Assembly: GCA_963674745.2 (NCBI GenBank) | Contig: CAXXDV010000001.1 | Span: 2,560,001-2,624,000, forward strand | Direction of reading: 5' to 3' | Source: Desulfosudaceae bacterium | GTDB taxonomy: Bacteria > Desulfobacterota > Desulfobacteria > Desulfobacterales > Desulfosudaceae | Length of the DNA stretch: 64,000 nt | Made by a program: the position numbers and the translations under genes | The notes under the pieces: model-generated | The model's input: only the letters and a program-made list of their open reading frames with translations | Told to the model about the DNA's origin: nothing | Database searches by the model: none | Part shown: piece after piece, positions 39,528 to 49,235 of the stretch | Numbering within the stretch: position 1 is the stretch's first letter | Layout: the number at the start of each line of letters is the position of its first letter

Positions 39528-39567
39528 GGGTTCAGGTGCTTAAGAGCTTAAGTGGTTAAGGTCTTAG
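39528..39567 (+). repeat. Degenerate 8-bp tandem array (5 units)
   Basis: GGGTTCAG GTGCTTAA GAGCTTAA GTGGTTAA GGTCTTAG. Confidence 0.6.
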
Positions 39568-39621
39568 GTCTGGGGGGGGTAAGATTCAAGGCGACGGGGT
39601 TGTCGGTCGCCTGCGAATGTT

Positions 39622-39679
39622 GTAGGGGCACCCCCCTGTGGCCGCCCTGTGAAGGGCGCCCACAGGGGGGTGCCCCTAC
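39622..39679. repeat. REP doublet (REPIN-like inverted pair)
   Basis: GTAGGGGCACCCCCCTGTGGCCGCCC-tgtgaa-GGGCGCCCACAGGGGGGTGCCCCTAC: 26-bp arms with 1 mismatch, each with a GTAG foot. Confidence 0.85.
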
Positions 39680-39706
39680 GTGTATTCACGTCCCGGGTCT
39701 TCTGTA

Positions 39707-39750
39707 TAATCACATAACCACATAACCACATAATCACATAATCACTTCCG
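39707..39750 (-). repeat. 8-bp tandem array (5 units, TAAYCACA on +)
   Basis: TAATCACA TAACCACA TAACCACA TAATCACA TAATCACT then TCCG. Confidence 0.85.
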
Positions 39751-39839
39751 TAATTTCTTGACCAATAATTATCTGTCCATGTTAAGATGCCGGCATAATA
39801 TATAACAGGCTTTCAGCATCGTTTAATTCGGAGGGTAAC

Positions 39840-40670
39840 TTGTTGAATTATTGGGTTGTCAGATCATTGACGGTTTCGGGACTGATCGTTTTTTGTTTAT
39901 TCGGTATGTTTTCTGGTGCGGCCTTGTCCGGACAGGATAAAAACGGCCTTGACCGGACGGTGGAAGATATCTCCGCCATGATCGAAAAGGCGGATCGGTA
40001 TTTTGCGAATATCCACCAGGACAAATCCGGTCTTGAAACGTCCGTTCAGCTTTACCAACAGGTCCTTGAACAGCAGCCGGACCATCTGGAAGCCCTGTGG
40101 AAACTATCGGAAGTATTGTTTATTTCCGCTATGGAGGCCGGTGACGAAAATGCCGCGAAAGCGTTTTACGAGCAGAGCCTGGCGCATGCCGAAAAGGCGC
40201 TGGTTTCTGACCCGTTGTGCGTTGCGGCTCTTTTTTACAGCGGCTGCGCCCATGTCAGCCTGGCCGATATGGCCGGTGTGATAAGTGCGCTGTCTTTGTT
40301 GAAAAAAGGCAAAAAGGAACTGGCCCGGGCCATGGAATTCGCGCCCGCGGATCGTTTCGGCATAGTGGCCGCTGTTGTTCTTTCTCAGGTGAATTCCGAC
40401 GCCCCCTGGCCCATGAGGGATCTGGGAGAAGCTGAAAAGCTGGCCAAACAGGCCGTCGCCTGGGATGCCGACCTTACCATGGCCGGTACGCAACTGGCTG
40501 CTGTTTACTTTCAGCAGAAAAAATATGACGCTGCCCGAAATGAGGCCAGGCGCTGCCTGGATATCGCCCGGCCGACCTATATGTCGGACGCCGTACTCTG
40601 GGACTGGCCCGCTTCCAGGCAGATTCTGGCAAAAATTAAGGGTGCCCTTAAAGAGAAAACAGGTGAATAG
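39840..40670 (+). CDS. Exported TPR-like helical protein
   Basis: GGAGG RBS, TTG start, signal peptide, TPR-like units (YQQVLEQQPDHLEALWKL; AEKAL). Confidence 0.7.
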   Translation: MLNYWVVRSLTVSGLIVFCLFGMFSGAALSGQDKNGLDRTVEDISAMIEKADRYFANIHQDKSGLETSVQLYQQVLEQQPDHLEALWKLSEVLFISAMEAGDENAAKAFYEQSLAHAEKALVSDPLCVAALFYSGCAHVSLADMAGVISALSLLKKGKKELARAMEFAPADRFGIVAAVVLSQVNSDAPWPMRDLGEAEKLAKQAVAWDADLTMAGTQLAAVYFQQKKYDAARNEARRCLDIARPTYMSDAVLWDWPASRQILAKIKGALKEKTGE

Positions 40671-40674
40671 AACA

Positions 40675-41388
40675 ATGACCATTAATCGGAGCCGGTTAAA
40701 TCAAAGCGTCGGCGAAGTGCAACAGCTTCTGTCCGAAGTTGCCCGCAGCCTGCGTTTTTATGCTGATGCCGGGTACACGGGAGGAGATTGCCGGAAGGAG
40801 AACCTGGACAGTATCCGATCATGGTGCCATCCGAATTGTCTGCGTCTGCAGGCGGTGCCGTCGGAGCAATCCTTTTGTGAAGGATGCCCGCTGCAGGCAA
40901 GCGGGGCACATGCCGTTAATGGGGCTGGTCCCCCAAAAGCCAGGCTGATATTTGTCCTGGGATACCCGTCTATCCCGGCTGAGAGGGAAAAATCACCCTA
41001 CGCGGGGGCCTCCGGGCAACTGTTAACCCGGATGATCTCCGCCATGAATTTGATGCCCGATGATATTTATGTAAGCCATATCGTCAGATGCCGTCCGCCG
41101 GACGGCAGAGCGCCTTCTGATCTGGAAACGCGGCGTTGTATCAATTTTCTGGTGCAGGATATTGGCGCTATCGCGCCAAAGGTGATCTGTACCTTCGGCG
41201 AACTCGCCACCCGGTCACTTCTGAGCGGCAATGCGTCCCTGGAACGGATGCGCGGTCGATTCCAAGAAAGAGACGGCATCCGGATCATGCCGACCTGGCA
41301 TCCGGATGATATGCTTGAAGATCCGGGTAAAAAGCGGCCCGTCTGGGAAGATATGCAGAAGGTGATGCACTTTCTTGACATAACCTGA
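40675..41388 (+). CDS. Uracil-DNA glycosylase family 4-like protein with divergent active-site motifs
   Basis: CEGCPL, G.G...ARLIFV, GQLL..M, CRPP, PKVI...G, RGRF, PTWHP, WED. Start uncertain (ATG 40675 or GTG 40663). Confidence 0.75.
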   Translation: MTINRSRLNQSVGEVQQLLSEVARSLRFYADAGYTGGDCRKENLDSIRSWCHPNCLRLQAVPSEQSFCEGCPLQASGAHAVNGAGPPKARLIFVLGYPSIPAEREKSPYAGASGQLLTRMISAMNLMPDDIYVSHIVRCRPPDGRAPSDLETRRCINFLVQDIGAIAPKVICTFGELATRSLLSGNASLERMRGRFQERDGIRIMPTWHPDDMLEDPGKKRPVWEDMQKVMHFLDIT

Positions 41389-41505
41389 TTTTTTTGATCA
41401 TATTGTCAAGTTATGCCGATATGGCAACTTTGTTTTTATATAATATAATAAATCCGCGGCAAGGCAAAAGCCGGGGAAAAGAATCGTCAAGGAGGTTGGG
41501 TCGTA

Positions 41506-41823
41506 ATGGCAAAGGAAAAAAAAGAAAAACCGCTGGAAAAGATGACGGCGACAGAACTGCGGGCTGTGGCCAAGGAAATTGAAGGCATAACCGGCGCGCA
41601 CGGTATGAACAAATCGGAACTGCTGGATGCCATCCGTCAGGCCAAAGGTATTGAAGTCCAGGGCAAGCAGAAAGATGTATCCTATGTCCGTGACTTGAAA
41701 GCCAAAATTAAAGGATTAAAGCAACAGCGGCAGGAAGCTTTGGACGCTGAAGACAGCGCCAAAGCGGACCGACTGCGTCTTCGCATCAGCCGGCTCAAGA
41801 AAAAAACCCGCCGGGCCGCGTAA
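41506..41823 (+). CDS. Small basic protein with Rho termination factor N-terminal domain
   Basis: LEKMTATELR..AK....I.GAHGMNK.EL..AI; AAGGAGG RBS. Confidence 0.75.
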   Translation: MAKEKKEKPLEKMTATELRAVAKEIEGITGAHGMNKSELLDAIRQAKGIEVQGKQKDVSYVRDLKAKIKGLKQQRQEALDAEDSAKADRLRLRISRLKKKTRRAA

Positions 41824-41866
41824 TGGCCGCATTCTGATGCATTCAGGCTGTTGACGCGGGGAAGGC

Positions 41867-42811
41867 TTGTCGTTGAATAAACAGGAAAGACCAGTCACGT
41901 TAAGTGAGCAGGCGGAGCGGTTTATTACGGCTCTGGAAACGGAAAAAGGCTATTCCCCGCATACGCTGCGCGCCTACTCCGGAGATCTCCGGGAATTTAT
42001 CACTTATGTTGAAAAGTCCGGGGCGTCCCGCGGTGAACCTGATGCCCCCCCCGGGGTTGAGCAGGTGACGGTACTGTCTATTCGCGGTTACCTGACCTGG
42101 CTGTATAAAAAGTCAGTTGACCGGCGTTCCGTGTCGCGAAAGCTTTCGACGCTGCGGTCTTTTTTCAGATATCTGAAGAAGCGGAACCTGGTGGTTGATA
42201 ACCCGGCCGAAAGTGTCCTGTCGCCAAAAACCGGTGAAAAAATTCCCGCTTATCTGTCTGTCGACGATATGTTCCGTCTGCTGGACTCGATTTCAGGTGA
42301 CACGCTTCCGGACTTGAGAAACCGGGCAATTTTTGAAACCATTTATTCCACCGGGATACGGGTATCCGAAGCCGCCGGACTGGATGTGTCCAGTATTAGC
42401 AGCGGGCAGGGTGTCATGCGGGTTTACGGCAAGGGCGGAAAAGAACGCCTGGTGCCTGTCGGTCGTCAGGCGCTGGACGCTATTGACCGTTATCGCCGCA
42501 GGCTTTTTGAGGAAACAGGGCATCCGGCCGAAAGCGGCCCCCTTTTTTTAAACAAGAACAACGGGCGGTTGACGTCCCGTTCCATAAACCGGATTTTAAA
42601 AAAGGTCGCCGCCGCCTGTGGGCTGTCGATTCCCCTGTCACCTCATGCGTTGCGTCATTCTTTCGCCACGCACATGCTGGACGCGGGAGCCGATTTGAGA
42701 ATCGTTCAAGAGTTGCTCGGGCATAAAAGCCTGTCGACCACACAGAAATACACGCATTTAACCATCGATAAACTGATGGAGGTATATGATCGTGCCCATC
42801 CCAGAAAATAA
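41867..42811 (+). CDS. xerC: Tyrosine recombinase XerC
   Basis: YSPHTLRAY..D, RKLSTLRSFF, GIRVSE, GKGGKER, HALRHSFATH, LLGH..LSTTQKY; upstream of hslVU. Confidence 0.9.
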   Translation: MSLNKQERPVTLSEQAERFITALETEKGYSPHTLRAYSGDLREFITYVEKSGASRGEPDAPPGVEQVTVLSIRGYLTWLYKKSVDRRSVSRKLSTLRSFFRYLKKRNLVVDNPAESVLSPKTGEKIPAYLSVDDMFRLLDSISGDTLPDLRNRAIFETIYSTGIRVSEAAGLDVSSISSGQGVMRVYGKGGKERLVPVGRQALDAIDRYRRRLFEETGHPAESGPLFLNKNNGRLTSRSINRILKKVAAACGLSIPLSPHALRHSFATHMLDAGADLRIVQELLGHKSLSTTQKYTHLTIDKLMEVYDRAHPRK

Positions 42812-42824
42812 CAGCGGCCGGGAT

Positions 42825-43349
42825 ATGAGGGGAACCACCATTATCGCGCTGCGACATCAGGGGAAAACCGTGATGGCGGGTGACGGACAGGTGACCCTGG
42901 ATACAACCATTATCAAGCACACGGCCCGAAAGGTGAGGCGCATCTACAACGATCAGATTATCGTGGGGGTGGCCGGCGCCACCGCCGATGCGTTGAATCT
43001 TTCAGAACGGCTGGAGTCGAAACTGGAACGTTATAACGGTAATCTGACCCGCGCGGCGGTGGATCTGGCCAGAGACTGGCGCACGGACAAATACTTGAGA
43101 CGCTTAGAAGCGTTGATGATCACGGTTGACACGGAACATATGTATCTGATTTCCGGTAACGGGGATGTTATCGAACCGGATAAAGATGTGGTCGGTATCG
43201 GCTCCGGGAGTGTGGCCGCCCAGGCGGCGGCGCTGGCGCTGATGGAGAACTCAACCCTGGAGGCCGCCGATATCGCCCGGGCGGCCATGCGTATTGCGGC
43301 CACGTATTGTATTTACACCAACACACAGGTGACTTTAGAAGAATTGTAG
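42825..43349 (+). CDS. hslV: ATP-dependent protease subunit HslV
   Basis: [37 protein letters not shown]. Confidence 0.95.
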   Translation: MRGTTIIALRHQGKTVMAGDGQVTLDTTIIKHTARKVRRIYNDQIIVGVAGATADALNLSERLESKLERYNGNLTRAAVDLARDWRTDKYLRRLEALMITVDTEHMYLISGNGDVIEPDKDVVGIGSGSVAAQAAALALMENSTLEAADIARAAMRIAATYCIYTNTQVTLEEL

Positions 43350-43363
43350 TCAGGGAAACAGGC

Positions 43364-44734
43364 ATGAGTGAATTAAAACCAACTCAAATTGTTACAGAAC
43401 TTGATAAATATATTATCGGTCAGAATAAAGCCAAGCGGTCGGTGGCCATTGCTTTGAGAAACCGGTGGCGCCGTCGCCAGGTGCCCGATGAGCTGCGCGA
43501 TGAAATCGCACCCAAGAATATTATCCTGATCGGACCCACCGGCGTGGGTAAGACGGAAATTGCCAGACGGCTGGCCAATCTGGCGGATTCGCCTTTTTAC
43601 AAGGTGGAAGCGTCCAAATTCACGGAAGTCGGTTATGTGGGCCGTGACGTTGAATCCATGGTCAGAGACCTGGTGGAGTTGACCATGAACAAGGAAAAAG
43701 TCAACCAGCAGGAGGTGGTTAGATCCAAGGCCAGGGAAAATGCCGAAGAACGGTTGCTGGATGTCCTTCTGCCTGCTTCAGGAGGGCAGGCTTTGATGGA
43801 TGATGATGCCGACCATGAGGGGTCTGGAGAGATTACCGTGATCGATGAAAGCCGTTCGTCTACCAGGGAAAAATTCCGGGAGATGTTGCGCAACGGTAAG
43901 CTTGATGACCGCTATGTCGACCTGGAGTTGGCCGAAAAGAGCATGCCCATGGTGGAGATTTTTTCAAATGCCGGCCTGGAGGAGATGGGCATTAACTTCA
44001 AGGATATGCTGTCCGGCATCATGCCCAAGAACGTCAAGCGGCGGAAGGTGAAGGTGTCCGAGGCGCTTGAAATGCTGACCAACGAGGAAGTCGGCGAACT
44101 GGTCGACATGGATCAGGTCGTCAAAAACGCCATTACCCGGGTGGAACAGGCCGGGATTATTTTTTTAGACGAGATTGACAAAATCGCAGGGGCTGAAAAA
44201 GGGCACGGGCCGGATGTTTCCAGGGAAGGTGTCCAGCGCGATCTGCTGCCCATTGTGGAGGGCTGCACGGTAACCACCAAGTACGGCCCGGTGCAGACGG
44301 ATCATATCCTGTTTATTGCTTCCGGCGCCTTTCAGTCGAGCAAACCGTCGGACCTGATTCCGGAGCTTCAGGGCCGGTTCCCCATCCGGGTGGGGCTCGA
44401 TGCCCTGGGCAAAAAAGAGTTCGTGCGGATTTTAACCGAGCCCAGGAACGCGTTGCTGTTGCAGTATATGGCGCTGCTCAGGACCGAGGGCGTTGACATC
44501 GTTTTCAGCGATGATGCCGTAGACGTGATTGCCGCCATCGCCGAAGAGGTGAACAATAACATGGAAAACATCGGCGCCCGTCGGCTGCACACCCTGATGG
44601 AATGCCTGCTCGAGGACATCCTTTTTGACGCGCCGGACACGGCCGAAAAACGGATTGAGATTGACGGCGCGTACGTAAATGAAAAGTTAAAAGACATAAA
44701 GGCGGATGAAGACCTAAGCCGGTTTATCCTTTGA
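43364..44734 (+). CDS. hslU: ATP-dependent protease ATPase subunit HslU
   Basis: [56 protein letters not shown]. Confidence 0.97.
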   Translation: MSELKPTQIVTELDKYIIGQNKAKRSVAIALRNRWRRRQVPDELRDEIAPKNIILIGPTGVGKTEIARRLANLADSPFYKVEASKFTEVGYVGRDVESMVRDLVELTMNKEKVNQQEVVRSKARENAEERLLDVLLPASGGQALMDDDADHEGSGEITVIDESRSSTREKFREMLRNGKLDDRYVDLELAEKSMPMVEIFSNAGLEEMGINFKDMLSGIMPKNVKRRKVKVSEALEMLTNEEVGELVDMDQVVKNAITRVEQAGIIFLDEIDKIAGAEKGHGPDVSREGVQRDLLPIVEGCTVTTKYGPVQTDHILFIASGAFQSSKPSDLIPELQGRFPIRVGLDALGKKEFVRILTEPRNALLLQYMALLRTEGVDIVFSDDAVDVIAAIAEEVNNNMENIGARRLHTLMECLLEDILFDAPDTAEKRIEIDGAYVNEKLKDIKADEDLSRFIL

Positions 44735-44775
44735 TGGCCCGGTAAAAAAGTCATCGGACTTTTTACGGTGCCGTC
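44733..44775. repeat. Short palindromic element sharing termini with the 62394 element (may act as a terminator)
   Basis: GATGGCCCGGTAAAAAAGTC-atcg-GACTTTTTACGGTGCCGTC. Confidence 0.6.
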
Positions 44776-44830
44776 CGGCTTTTAGCTTTTTGCGATTGTA
44801 TTAACCGGTGAATTTAAAAAGAGGACGATC

Positions 44831-45721
44831 ATGGACCCCAATGTAGCCGACATACTGATTGAATCCTTGCCCTATATCAGGCGGTTTTCCGGCATGACCA
44901 TTGTTGTCAAGTATGGCGGGCATGCCATGGTGGATGAACAGCTCAAGCAGGATTTCGCCCGGGATATTACCCTGCTCAAGTTTATCGGCATTAATCCGGT
45001 GATCGTCCATGGCGGCGGCCCCCAGATTAATCTCGTGTTGGAGCAGATGGGCATCGAGACCAGCTTTGTCAGGGGTATGCGCTATACGGATCAGGCCACC
45101 ATGGACGTGGTCGAAATGGTGCTGGGCGGCAAGGTGAACAAGTCCATCGTCGCCCAGATCAACCAGTGCGGCGGTAAAGCGGTCGGTTTGAGCGGCAAGG
45201 ACGGTGGTCTGATTTCCGCGTCCAAATTGACCATTGTCAGTGAGGCGGAGGGCAAATCCCCTCCGGAAATCATCGATCCCGGACTGGTCGGCGATGTCAC
45301 GGCCATTTCACCCCAGGTTATTGAAACCCTGGCCGGGCAGGGTTTTATTCCGGTTATCGCGCCGGTCGGGGTGGGTAAAAACGGTGAGACGTTCAATATC
45401 AACGCCGACCTGGTCGCGTCCCGGATGTCCGCTGCGCTGTCGGCCGGCCGGTTGATTATGCTGACTGACGTGGACGGGGTCCTGAACGCCGGCGGTGAGT
45501 TGATCTCATCCATTGACGCGGCCACGATTCAAAAAATGATAATCGATAAGCAGATTACCGGGGGAATGATTCCCAAAATCGAGTATGCCCTGGCCGCAAT
45601 CGAAAGCGGCGTGGAAAAGGTCCAGATTATCAACGGCACCAGGCGGCACGCGGTACTGCTGGAGTTGTTTACCGATCAGGGCATTGGAACGGAAGTGACG
45701 AAAACGGAAGAAACGAAATGA
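44831..45721 (+). CDS. argB: Acetylglutamate kinase
   Basis: [41 protein letters not shown]. Confidence 0.95.
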   Translation: MDPNVADILIESLPYIRRFSGMTIVVKYGGHAMVDEQLKQDFARDITLLKFIGINPVIVHGGGPQINLVLEQMGIETSFVRGMRYTDQATMDVVEMVLGGKVNKSIVAQINQCGGKAVGLSGKDGGLISASKLTIVSEAEGKSPPEIIDPGLVGDVTAISPQVIETLAGQGFIPVIAPVGVGKNGETFNINADLVASRMSAALSAGRLIMLTDVDGVLNAGGELISSIDAATIQKMIIDKQITGGMIPKIEYALAAIESGVEKVQIINGTRRHAVLLELFTDQGIGTEVTKTEETK

Positions 45722-46908
45722 GTCAGAAGATAAAAGCAAAAGCGGATGCCGTAATCGCGCAGACATATAACCGTCTGCCGCTGGTCTTCGTCAAAGGTGA
45801 AGGCTGCACCCTGTGGGACGCGGAGGGTAAATCCTACACGGATTTTTTAGCTGGTATCGCGGTCTGCAGCCTGGGGCATGCCCATCCGGAAGTGGCCGAA
45901 GCGATCTGCCGTCAGGCCGGCCAACTGGTCCATGTGTCCAATCTTTTTTATACGCTGCCGCAGATAGAGCTGGCTGACTGGCTGGTGGACAGATGTTTTG
46001 CCGACCGGGTTTTTTTCTGTAACAGCGGGGCCGAAGCCAACGAGGCGGCGATTAAACTGGCCAGAAAATATTTTGCCGTAAAAGGCGATAAGCGACGCAG
46101 CCGGATTATCAGTATGGAGAAGTCGTTTCATGGCAGGACGATGGGGGCCCTGGCCGCTACGGGGCAGAAAAAAATTCAGGAAGGGTTCGACCCCCTGTTG
46201 CCCGGATTTGATTATGTCACTTTTAATAATCTGGAATCCCTTGAAAAAAGCATATCTCCGGACGTTTGTGCCGTCATGCTCGAGCCGATTCAGGGTGAGG
46301 GCGGGGTCGTGTGCCCTTCTGAGGGATATCTGGAAAAGGTCAGGCGGATATGTGATGACAATGGCGCGCTGCTGATTTATGACGAAGTCCAGACCGGTAT
46401 CGGCCGCACCGGAAAACTGTTCGCCTATGAACACTCGGGGGTGCAACCGGATATCATGACCCTGGCCAAGGCCCTTGGAAACGGCCTGCCCATCGGCGCC
46501 ATGCTGGCGACGGAAGACGTCGCAGCCGCTTTTACATATGGTTCACATGCCACGACGTTCGGCGGCACACCGTTGATTTGCGCGGCCGCACTGGCTGTCT
46601 TAAAATGCATCGAACGCGACAGCCTGCTGGAAAAGTGCCGTACGAGTGGTGATTATTTTAAAAACCGTCTGGCGGCTTTGAAAGACAAGCATGCCGTTAT
46701 CCGGAATGTGCGCGGTATGGGCCTGTTGATAGGGGTGGAACTGGACTGTGAGGGCGCACCGATCGTGCAGGCCTGCATGCAACAAGGATATATCATCAAT
46801 TGTATTCAGAACAATGTGTTGCGGTTCGCACCGCCCCTGATCATTTCGGAACAGGAGATCGACGGCCTGATTGGCTGTCTGGACAAGGTCCTGACGGAAG
46901 TAAAATAA
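45718..46908 (+). CDS. argD: Acetylornithine aminotransferase
   Basis: [40 protein letters not shown]; in the arg operon. Confidence 0.93.
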   Translation: MSQKIKAKADAVIAQTYNRLPLVFVKGEGCTLWDAEGKSYTDFLAGIAVCSLGHAHPEVAEAICRQAGQLVHVSNLFYTLPQIELADWLVDRCFADRVFFCNSGAEANEAAIKLARKYFAVKGDKRRSRIISMEKSFHGRTMGALAATGQKKIQEGFDPLLPGFDYVTFNNLESLEKSISPDVCAVMLEPIQGEGGVVCPSEGYLEKVRRICDDNGALLIYDEVQTGIGRTGKLFAYEHSGVQPDIMTLAKALGNGLPIGAMLATEDVAAAFTYGSHATTFGGTPLICAAALAVLKCIERDSLLEKCRTSGDYFKNRLAALKDKHAVIRNVRGMGLLIGVELDCEGAPIVQACMQQGYIINCIQNNVLRFAPPLIISEQEIDGLIGCLDKVLTEVK

Positions 46909-46958
46909 CGGGGGCGATGATTTCGGGCTCATGGAGACGCCGGGCCTCGATGAAGAAG

Positions 46959-46995
46959 CGGAAGTGATTATGTGTTTAAGTGATTAGGTGGTTAA
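46959..46995 (+). repeat. 8-bp tandem array related to the 39707 array
   Basis: CGGAA GTGATTAT GTGTTTAA GTGATTAG GTGGTTAA; the first 16 nt equal the reverse complement of 39735-39750. Confidence 0.75.
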
Positions 46996-47073
46996 GTATT
47001 GTGGCGCAATGCAATTGCCCCCTGCCAGCCTGATCCCAAACTGTATGGCGTGGAAATTAACGAAGAGGTTGTA

Positions 47074-48000
47074 GTGAAAAAAGACATACTGACACTGAGT
47101 GATTTGACCCGGCAGGACATGATTGATCTGTTCGACCTGGCCGGGGAGTTGAAAGCCAGGTATAAACAGGGCATTGTTGACGATTTTTTAAAAGGCAGGG
47201 TGCTGGGGCTTATTTTCGACAAGCATTCCACCCGTACGCGGGTTTCGTTCGAGGCCGCCATGAATCAGATCGGCGGTTCGGTGATTTACATGAGCTCGGG
47301 AGACATGCAGATCGCCCGGGATGAACCGGTCAAAGACACGGCCCGGGTCCTGTCCCGCTACATAGACGCGCTGGTGGTCCGAACCTATTCCCAGGAACTG
47401 ATCGAGGCCTATGCCGCTTATGCCGATATACCGGTGATCAATGCTTTGAGCGACAGATATCATCCCTGCCAGGTACTGAGCGACCTGTTGACGATTATTG
47501 AGCATAAAGGCGAATGTGAGGGACAGAAAATCGTCTGGTTGGGTGATGGCAATAATGTCGCCAATTCATGGATTAACGCCGCTGCCGTTCTGGGGCTCAA
47601 TCTTGTCCTGGCCTGTCCAAAAGGGTATCAGCCCGATGAGGAACTGCTCAAAATGGCTGTGGCCCAGGGGCATGGGACGGTTTCCGTAACCGGTGATCCC
47701 AGAGAAGCGGTACGTGATGCGGATGTCATTTATACGGATGTCTGGGCCAGCATGGGACAGGAGAATGAGCGCGCAAGCCGCATCAAGGCTTTTGAGGGAT
47801 TTCAGCTCGATAACGAGCTGGTGTCGCTGGCCGCGGACGATGTTGTTGTCATGCATTGCCTGCCTGCCCACAGAGATGAAGAAATCGCTGAAGATGTTCT
47901 GGAAGGAGAACGGTCTATTGTGTGGGACCAGGCGGAGAACAAGCTTCACATGCACAAGGCGGTTCTGAAAGTGTTGATCGAAAACAATTTGAGCCAATAA
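47074..48000 (+). CDS. argF: Ornithine carbamoyltransferase
   Basis: [35 protein letters not shown] start at 47074. Confidence 0.95.
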   Translation: MKKDILTLSDLTRQDMIDLFDLAGELKARYKQGIVDDFLKGRVLGLIFDKHSTRTRVSFEAAMNQIGGSVIYMSSGDMQIARDEPVKDTARVLSRYIDALVVRTYSQELIEAYAAYADIPVINALSDRYHPCQVLSDLLTIIEHKGECEGQKIVWLGDGNNVANSWINAAAVLGLNLVLACPKGYQPDEELLKMAVAQGHGTVSVTGDPREAVRDADVIYTDVWASMGQENERASRIKAFEGFQLDNELVSLAADDVVVMHCLPAHRDEEIAEDVLEGERSIVWDQAENKLHMHKAVLKVLIENNLSQ

Positions 48001-48014
48001 GAGGGAGAAACGAA

Positions 48015-49214
48015 TTGAGTGATATTAAAAAGGTCGTGCTGGCCTATTCCGGCGGCCTGGACACGTCTGTTATTTTAAAATGGCTGATCGAGACCTATGA
48101 CTGTGAAGTGGTTGCCTTCTCGGCCGATATCGGTCAGGCGGAAGAGTTGTCGGGAATCGAGGAAAAAGCCAAATCGACCGGCGCCGTCAAGGCTTATGTC
48201 GATGACCTCCGGGAAACCTTTGTGGCCGATTATGTTTTTCCGGCTTTTCGCGCCAATGCTGTTTATGAAGGTCAGTACCTTCTGGGGACGTCCCTGGCCC
48301 GGCCGCTGATTGCCAAACGGCAGATCGAAATCGCCGAGGCCGAAGGCGCCGATGCCGTCAGTCATGGCGCTACCGGTAAAGGCAACGACCAGGTCCGTTT
48401 TGAGCTGGGATATTACGCGCTCAAGCCGGATATCAAAATTATCGCGCCCTGGCGTGAATGGGACCTGGGGTCACGTACCGCCCTGATGGCCTTTGCCGAA
48501 GAGCACGGCATTCATGTGCCGACAACGGTTGAAAAACCTTACAGTTCGGACAGAAACCTGCTTCACATAAGCTACGAAGGCGGTGTGCTGGAAGACCCAT
48601 GGCATGAACCGTCGGAAGACATGTTCATCCTGACGGTTTCGCCGCAGAACGCCCCTGATCAGGCGGAAAATGTGGAAATCGGCTTTGAAAAGGGTGACCC
48701 GGTAAGCATTAACGGACAGGCCTTATCTCCGGCCTCACTTCTGGCGGAATTGAACCGGCTGGGCGGCAAACACGGCATCGGACGGGCCGATATCGTCGAA
48801 AACCGTTTTGTGGGTATGAAGTCACGCGGTGTTTATGAAACACCCGGCGGCACCATTCTGCGGGCGGCGCACATGGCCATGGAGTCCATTACCATGGACC
48901 GGGAAGTGATGCATCTGCGGGATTCACTGATGCCCAGGTACGCGGAAATGATCTATTACGGTTTCTGGTTTTCTCCGGAAAGAGAGCTGCTGCAGCAGTT
49001 GATCGATCAGGCCCAGGTCAATGTAAGCGGTATTGTCCGGCTGGCGCTTTACAAGGGTAACTGCCGTGTGCTGGGCAGAAAATCGGAAAAATCACTTTAT
49101 AGCGAAGACTTTGCGACGTTTGAAGAAGATTCGGTTTACCGGCAGAAGGATGCGGAGGGGTTTATCCGATTGAACGCGCTGAGACTGCGGTTGGAAAAGC
49201 TGATGGGTAGGTAG
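48015..49214 (+). CDS. argG: Argininosuccinate synthase
   Basis: [40 protein letters not shown] start at 48015. Confidence 0.97.
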   Translation: MSDIKKVVLAYSGGLDTSVILKWLIETYDCEVVAFSADIGQAEELSGIEEKAKSTGAVKAYVDDLRETFVADYVFPAFRANAVYEGQYLLGTSLARPLIAKRQIEIAEAEGADAVSHGATGKGNDQVRFELGYYALKPDIKIIAPWREWDLGSRTALMAFAEEHGIHVPTTVEKPYSSDRNLLHISYEGGVLEDPWHEPSEDMFILTVSPQNAPDQAENVEIGFEKGDPVSINGQALSPASLLAELNRLGGKHGIGRADIVENRFVGMKSRGVYETPGGTILRAAHMAMESITMDREVMHLRDSLMPRYAEMIYYGFWFSPERELLQQLIDQAQVNVSGIVRLALYKGNCRVLGRKSEKSLYSEDFATFEEDSVYRQKDAEGFIRLNALRLRLEKLMGR

Positions 49215-49235
49215 GGAAATTAAAGAGGGCGGATT

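Noticed and set aside
39528..39750. CRISPR array
   Set aside because: The units are 8 bp with no spacers, and there are no cas genes.
41867..42811. Tyrosine recombinase as a prophage or island integrase
   Set aside because: It has XerC-type motifs and the housekeeping xerC-hslVU context; no att, tRNA or phage genes.
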